Below the pieces are notes generated by a model. The model had not been told where the DNA came from. It saw only the letters and a list, made by a program, of their open reading frames with translations, and searched no databases. From NCBI GenBank assembly GCA_050230475.1, contig JBFLGF010000017.1:62001-126000 (forward strand): a DNA stretch of 64,000 nt, written 5' to 3'. Origin of the DNA: Ancylonema sp. Taxonomy: Eukaryota. The position numbers and the translations under genes were made by a program. Shown here piece after piece: positions 57,264 through 64,000 of this stretch; positions within the stretch are counted from its first letter, which is position 1; every line of letters starts with the position of its first letter.

Positions 57264-58350
57264 GTAGTTGGCCCCTCTACCCGGATCCGTTTCCCCCTAC
57301 CCGCGGGGTAGCCTACCGATCCCTACCGCGTCGTTCAAAACGGGATACCTACCTGCCGCGAGTCGACCACACGTGCAGACCGTACTCAAAACGTGCTGCC
57401 CGACATTTACCCCATCCCGGGTAGGGACCGGTAGAGAGGCGGGTAAGGAATGTTCGATACGGGACTAAAAACTATTCTAGCGTATACAACGTATGTGCGT
57501 GAGAACGTATGTAGTTGGCATCGTTCAGTGTATTGCGGGCTTTCAGCCGCTATAACCAGCCTTGTGTGTAAACCGGGGGACAATTACTCTAGAAGGTCTC
57601 GCTATGAGGGTATTCCGAATGCATCTTCCGTGGTCTTCTCGGTTAGGAGTGATGCTATTGGTACGCAAGGATTACAGCGTCATCTCCTAGACCTTGTTGT
57701 CATAGCGTTTGGATAGACTTGGGGCAACCCATCGTTACACGTGCGGTGCCCAATTTAACGTTTGAAGCAAAGCAGCGCCGCATTCTGCGACCCCGTTGGT
57801 TCCCCTCTAGCACTTGCTCTCTTAAGGTGTCTAGACTCTACATTGTACTTGTCTTTCCGGGAACATTTCCCATTACCTTTTTAACTTTCGGCCGTCTACT
57901 TGTCGTTCTAAACCTTTGCATGACGATTTCAATTTAGTGGTAGGAATGTCTTTTAGTCTATTGCACATGCATTGTTCATAACGTGTGTGACACCCAAGCG
58001 CCAGTCCGCGCTTTGACTAGTAGTTTAAAACTTTGGACACATGATGTGTGGGTGTGGGTAGAATGCATTCCCATGCATGTCTTGAAGTGATTAGAGCATG
58101 TTGTGTATGCGATAGGGTGATAGCGTACGATCTCAATCTATACGTAATGTGCACGTGTGTGGTCAGACGTGCGAAAGATGCGATAAATTTCACACTCCAC
58201 GTGGGCACGCAGGTGAAAATAAGCGACAAGTGCTACCTACCCGCTACCCCCTAATCCCTACCCGTTGGCAGATTTGCGTGGGTCTCGTCCTACCCGACGG
58301 GTAGCCTACCCCCTACCACAAGCCGAAAACGGGTAGGAGCCAATAACTAG
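57264..58350. mobile_element. Probable old hAT-like non-autonomous element
   Basis: Clusters of CTACCC/GGGTAG subterminal repeats at 57.27-57.45 kb and 58.23-58.35 kb with imperfect inverted ends; no TSD found. Confidence 0.45.
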
Positions 58351-59390
58351 TGTCCGGAGTAGGGTTTTGCCTCCGCGCCAACTGCGCCGCGGCCAACCGC
58401 GCAACCGCGCAGTGGTCAACCCCGACCGCGCTCATGTAAGTAATGGTTGGCCCACTTGGCTGATTTTTGGCCTGCCGCAAGTCAACTCCCACCCGGTTGG
58501 GACACGGATACGGTGGTTGGGTTGCGATCAGTGCGACTCGGAGAATCACGAAAACGGAATTGCATAATAAAAAAATGATATGCATTCATGTCCCCTCTCT
58601 CTCATTACATATTAAGTAAAAATCAAATTAAAGTTAGACACCAGAGTGTTCACATTGGCATAATTGTTGAATACTCTATCATCATTTAGCACGGTGAAAG
58701 CTACTATTGTCTTCGAAAACGGTAGAGATCGTAAAACCCCTTTGTAACAATATCCAGACCTCTCTAGTAAAAATACCATTGTTAGAAGCAATCAGATTCG
58801 ATAGAAAGATTTCATGATTTTGTGTAAAGTTAGAATCAGTACTCCGCAAAATCCAACAACTTGTTGTAAACTCGAAATTAACGCGTGGCGTATTTTCCGA
58901 GTGCAATATCCAGCAGTCGTACAATTTAGACTGCGTGTCGATTTTTCAGCGCGTAGCGCAACATTGTTATCGACGATGATATTTCTGACTTGTCGATATT
59001 ATCCCGGCGATAAAATCCAGCCGTAGAATACTTGACGTCTGAAGAATTTGTAGCGCCAAGATTAAATAGAAAAACTTCTAGAGTACAGTCGATTAACCAT
59101 GTCGATTAACTCTAGTTAGTTTTTACGATAGACGATCGTAGCATAAAGACATTTTCATTTTACAGATCTTGTTAGCTTCCGCTGTCAGATTGCGCCGTCA
59201 AGAAACTTTCAAAAATCTTCTCTTCAAATCCTGTCAATTGTATCTGAATTCTTCCGCAACTCCTGGCTGACGACAGTTCTTGCCATCATCTCCGTGTCTC
59301 GTCTACGATTACTCATGCGACTACCAACGACGAATTTTGTAAGTTGACCGAAGTGACCTTCGCAACTTCCTGTCATTATTTGTATATTCC

Positions 59391-59510
59391 GCTGACGCTC
59401 TTACTGAGCCACCCTGTAAACTTGATTGTTTACCATCACATCTTAGTACTGACGCTCTTACTGAGCCAGTCCTAACCGTCTACCACGTTGCTGACGCTCT
59501 TACTATGCCA
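59391..59510. repeat. Three spaced copies of CTGACGCTCTTACT(GA/AT)GCCA
   Basis: Directly visible near 59392, 59449 and 59491. Confidence 0.75.
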
Positions 59511-62153
59511 AAACTACTTTGTCGATTTACATCGATATGTTACCACTCGTACCGAGCCAATACGATAACGACGCGCAACCACTTGTTGACGTTCTAACTG
59601 AACCAACAAACCACATCCATCAATCAACATCCGTCAACGCTCCGTTTGACAGCCGAACTTTCTACTCGAAAGTTTACCTTTCGGCTGTCGACCTTAATAT
59701 TTTGCACCAAAGTACTATGTTTACCATCAATAATCCTTTCCAGACTTTTTATTGTTGATAGTGATTGTCAACTCGCCCTCGGCGTCAAGTAGTGTTCCAC
59801 ACATTCACGCACGAGAAAATGTGATAGAATTAGCGTAAAACCTAGTTCTTAGCATAGACTCAATCTGCAACCCAACTTAGTGAGAGCAGCCGAGACAACT
59901 CGAACACTACTTGAACATCCAGAAGCAGTTACTGAAGCCGAACAATCGACTTCAGAAGTCCGAACCTACAACACTTCATCTATCCAATACTCTACAACGA
60001 TCAACTACATCGATGACACCTTTGAGTTCTACAGAAACCCATCACGAGCAACCGACTCCAAACCGCACGTCAACGGGATTGTATCATTTTTGTAATTACA
60101 TTGGCATAACTTTATCTTTAGTGAAGCTAAAGTCTGGTGCTTCGACTTTTTTTAACCATAAAAATAAATTGGCCAACTTATGATTTCATCTCTTAAACTC
60201 TCAAACATGTTCTCATGTTAACACCAAATTATATAACACCGAAACTAGAGCTCGCTCCCGACCAACATTTCACTACAATGAATACAACATTGTATCTTCT
60301 TGATCCATGCATTGCAACACAACTTCATGCATTTGAAAATAGTCACTAAAATTTGAATTATTCCTTTGATCGTGTGCTTTCTCGTGCTCCACTATCCACC
60401 TGAGTGACCACCTGAACCAGGTGGCTTTTTGAAAAATGCGCCAAAAAAAAAAAAAAAAAAAGCAACAACCAGTTTGTTTGTCCATTTAAAATTACAACCC
60501 CAGCCGCTTCTTTGTTCTTTGTGCACAATCACACACGGGTGCCTCACCATCTCTTCTGTTTTATTTACCTGATACCGATCTGTTGTTTCCACCTGCCAGA
60601 TGCATACCCGTCCGCGACTTCATGTCCGTCTACTCCCACCTCCTAGCATCAAACCACAGCTTTGTAGAAAGGTAAGGAAAACCATCCACATCTCCTCCCC
60701 CTACCCCCCTCCCCCCCCCACCCTCCCCCCTCCCCCCTCCCTCCATCCCCCCATCCCCCCACCCCCCCATCCCCCCCTCCCCCCATCCCCCCCTCGTAAC
60801 CCTAAAATTCTGGTCACATGAGGTGCTGAGTGGTTGGGGGGTTAAGGTGTGGGGTTCTGGGTGTTGAATTTCGGGTATTGGGTCGTGGTTTCGGGCTTTG
60901 GGTTTTGGGTTTTCGGTTTTGGGTTCAGGTGTTTCCAGTTACCACGACAGCGGCGAGTTTGGCGTTGGTCGGTGGACAGAGGGGTTGGCCGCCAGAGGTG
61001 GACAAGGGGAGCTTTCGGAAAGGGAGTCGCAGGAGCGGTTGGGTGTGCTCTCTGCACCTCACGTAGGTGTAACATCACGAATGGACTAAGGCACGAAAAG
61101 TTTCCCGGACTGGGGGACCAGACACCCGAGGTACCGTTTCCGGACCGAGGTCCGTCCTTCAGACCGAAGATCCGAAACCGCCTACTTTGGGTCGTATCTA
61201 TTTTTGGGGGTTGCAAGGGATTTCCCGTGGGAAAAAAAAACGGAAGTAAGTTCGGAAGTTCGGAAGTTCGTTTTTTTCTTTTGCATCGTACAAAAATATC
61301 GATATTTTTTTTTGACATAACAAGGAAGTTATGAAAACGTGCAATGTTGATGAGTATGAGCGCCTTTCACCTAGAACCCCGAGAAACAAACTTGGGGAGA
61401 TTTTCTTCCCAGTTGAGTGGGATGCCATCTTTCCATACCATGTTTTTTTTTCTTTTTTTCTAGGTAGTGATACGAACAGTTGGATTCTTCGCACTCAAAT
61501 CTGAAAAGTATTAAAATCTCAACATACTATTGACACGGTCGATGCTCAAACCAAATTTATATCCTCCCGAAAACATTCGACTTACATCTAATTTTAACCT
61601 TCTTGCATGACCAAATGCTCTGACATTTTGCGTTCCAGCCACCACATGTGTTTTTACAGTACACTACACAACTCTACTTTTTGAAAGGCTTTTTGGAAGT
61701 AGTCATCACGTCATAGCGAGATGATGCACATATGTTTTATTATCAAATTCTACATAAATATAAGAGTGGATTCTATTCTCTCTCTATTTTGCAACCGTTT
61801 TGTGGTCCAAACTGAGGAGCATTCAAAATCGATAGAGTCAGTACGTTGGCATATTCAATACGCCAATACGGCGTACAATGCGGCGTATTGTATTGACCAT
61901 ACCCATGAATCATGGGCCATGATACTATCTTACCGACGAAGGAAAACTAAGGTCACGCAACCATAAAACTCGTAATTATCTTCGGTGGCATGCTTATCAG
62001 ATGATGATGATGCATGCAACAATCCCACCCATTTTTGTGAACCGAAGAATCAACTTCTCGATCAAATGAACGGTTGGGTAAGATTTATAATTGGGCGCGC
62101 ACATGTGCGCATCTCGTACCTTCTCGCAAAATCCAAATTTGAAATTTTGATTA

Positions 62154-62373
62154 CCGTAGTGGCCATACATAACGACCCGGGTTTCAAAAATTGAATTTAT
62201 TTACTTGATAAACCACGATTGACCCAACCCGTGCGCACAATAGAAATTTTACCGAAGTCCTAAATAACATTTATTATCCGCTGACCCACATTATAGAATG
62301 ACCCTTTTTTTTTCAATGACTTATTTAATTTGACCCGACCCACCCTTTTCATATTTATTTGAGGGCAGTACGG
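62154..62373. mobile_element. TA-type MITE, copy with a damaged right TIR
   Basis: Collinear with 63268-63505. Confidence 0.75.
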
Positions 62374-63267
62374 CTCATAGTAGTAAGAATTTCAAGTCTG
62401 TGTATGTTAAGTATTTTTTCCTACTTGGGCGCACACATGTGTGCGGGGTTGGGCACACGTATTCCGAACATGTGCACATCGCGCATGTGTTCCAAACATG
62501 TGCGCGATTTTAGTTGTGCGCGCCCAACTACGATAAGATTCTTACCCAAAAAAAAGGGATGTCGTTTTGTAAGTCTTGTGTTTTTTTGTTACAGAAATCT
62601 CCCCGCATGAAAACTAAAACTAATCAAACAAACAAAAAAAATTGTTCCCGTTCCGCCCGGTCTGCATGCCCTTCCATAAAAATTATGGTTAGTTCATGCG
62701 ACTATGTCCGTCCGTGCACATGAACCGTTCGTGGCCAGGGCCAACTATGCCTATAAAACGGTTCATAGTGGAAATAACCCGATTTTGTACTACTCCAAGG
62801 TATAACCACTTTTTGGGGAACCGTTTCCACACATCCGATTCAAAAACCGTTCAGGCAATGTGCAACTCAGCTTGACATTTATTATCCATCCTTCTTCAGC
62901 CTTCATCAATTGATATATACATTATTGTCGCAATCCATTCATATTCTGAAGTGCATTACTGGTTAACACCAAAAGCTTGTGATCCAGAATGTAATATTGT
63001 TCTTTTATTATCAGACAAAGCCCGTACTTTGCATAGACTACTGTGTTCTGTGTTGAAGAGGGACCAATGAAATAGTAAGAATTTTTCCTTGCGAGTGGGG
63101 GTAGTAAAAGGAAGGAGGTCACTCAAAGGGTTTCTTCCATATATGAGTGTTGGGCTACTGATTAAAAACCCAAAAACCACTTTCTCCCAGACAACAATCA
63201 GTTGGGGATGGAGCTGCAACAGAAAGTAATTTGTGGGCCTGAATTGCGTGCACACAACATAGGTATA

Positions 63268-63505
63268 CCGTAGTGGCCATACATAATGACCCGGGTTTTT
63301 AAAAACGAATTAATTTAGCCAAGAAACCACCACTTGACCCAACCCGCACACCCAATACAAAATTTCCCAAAATCTTGAAAAACATATATTATCTAGTGAC
63401 CCACATTATAGAATGACCCACTTTTTTGAAAAATCAAATTATTTAATTCGACCCGACCCACCCTTTTCATAATTATTTGAGGGTCATTATGTGTGGCCAG
63501 TACGG
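63268..63505. mobile_element. Tc1/mariner-type MITE
   Basis: TIR CCGTAGTGGCCATACATAATGACCC / GGGTCATTATGTGTGGCCAGTACGG with TA on both sides. Confidence 0.85.
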
Positions 63506-64000
63506 TATGTGAATATGCCATCTCAGATGTAACTTTCGATTGTGCCTAGAGTAACCCTTATGAAGGAATAAAAACACAAAGACATGAACTTCCATAATTA
63601 GATGAATGCATTCACACCTAACCTGAATAATTTTTTGTTTTGTGGCTCATCATGTACAGATGTGACACAGCTCCCATATACCTACATCAAACCGCAACGA
63701 TCTTGTTTCATAAGTCACTATACAAAGCAAAACGGGTGAATCTTACCCCACCCTTAATTTGGCCACTAATATGTTTCTCAGGTGACGCCTACATACGCTC
63801 TTGAGAAATCCGTACAATTCTGCTGACCTTCTTCCGGAACACCTCTCTCTCATCGCGCCATTCTTTCTGCACCACCATTTAGATAGACAACAGGTTAGAG
63901 AACCACCCCAACCCAACTTTCCATGTACCTTCTGGCGACAGAAAAAAAAAGGTCCGCAGACTTGAATTTAAGCGTTAGAAGCGTGTCTTGGTGTCCCTCA

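Overview
Intron-rich eukaryotic DNA of green-plant type. It is probably a streptophyte alga or early land plant; this is inferred from the plastid cyclophilin, the STP/HUP transporter and the TE content. Five host genes could be reconstructed exon by exon: a CCDC130/YJU2B-like splicing factor (-), a DUF2415-type WD40 protein (+), an STP/HUP hexose transporter (-), the glucosyltransferase ALG6 (-) and a CYP26-2-like plastid cyclophilin (-). There is also a decayed duplicate of the WD40 gene. Most of the rest is nested transposable elements: (1) two copies of a CRE-like RLE non-LTR retrotransposon with 12-13 bp TSDs and no poly(A) tail; (2) a 12.2-kb TIR element with a Myb/SANT-like gene, which contains an LTR-less Gypsy pol ending in a PHD finger, which in turn contains a Copia element; (3) many TA-targeting, hAT-type and Mutator-type MITEs. 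The most unusual locus is 43.5-47.2 kb (-). It is a decayed single polyprotein joining a retropepsin protease, a helical/coiled-coil region and a C5 DNA-methyltransferase-like domain that lacks its catalytic motifs, with no RT or integrase. All calls are by eye; no database searches were run.
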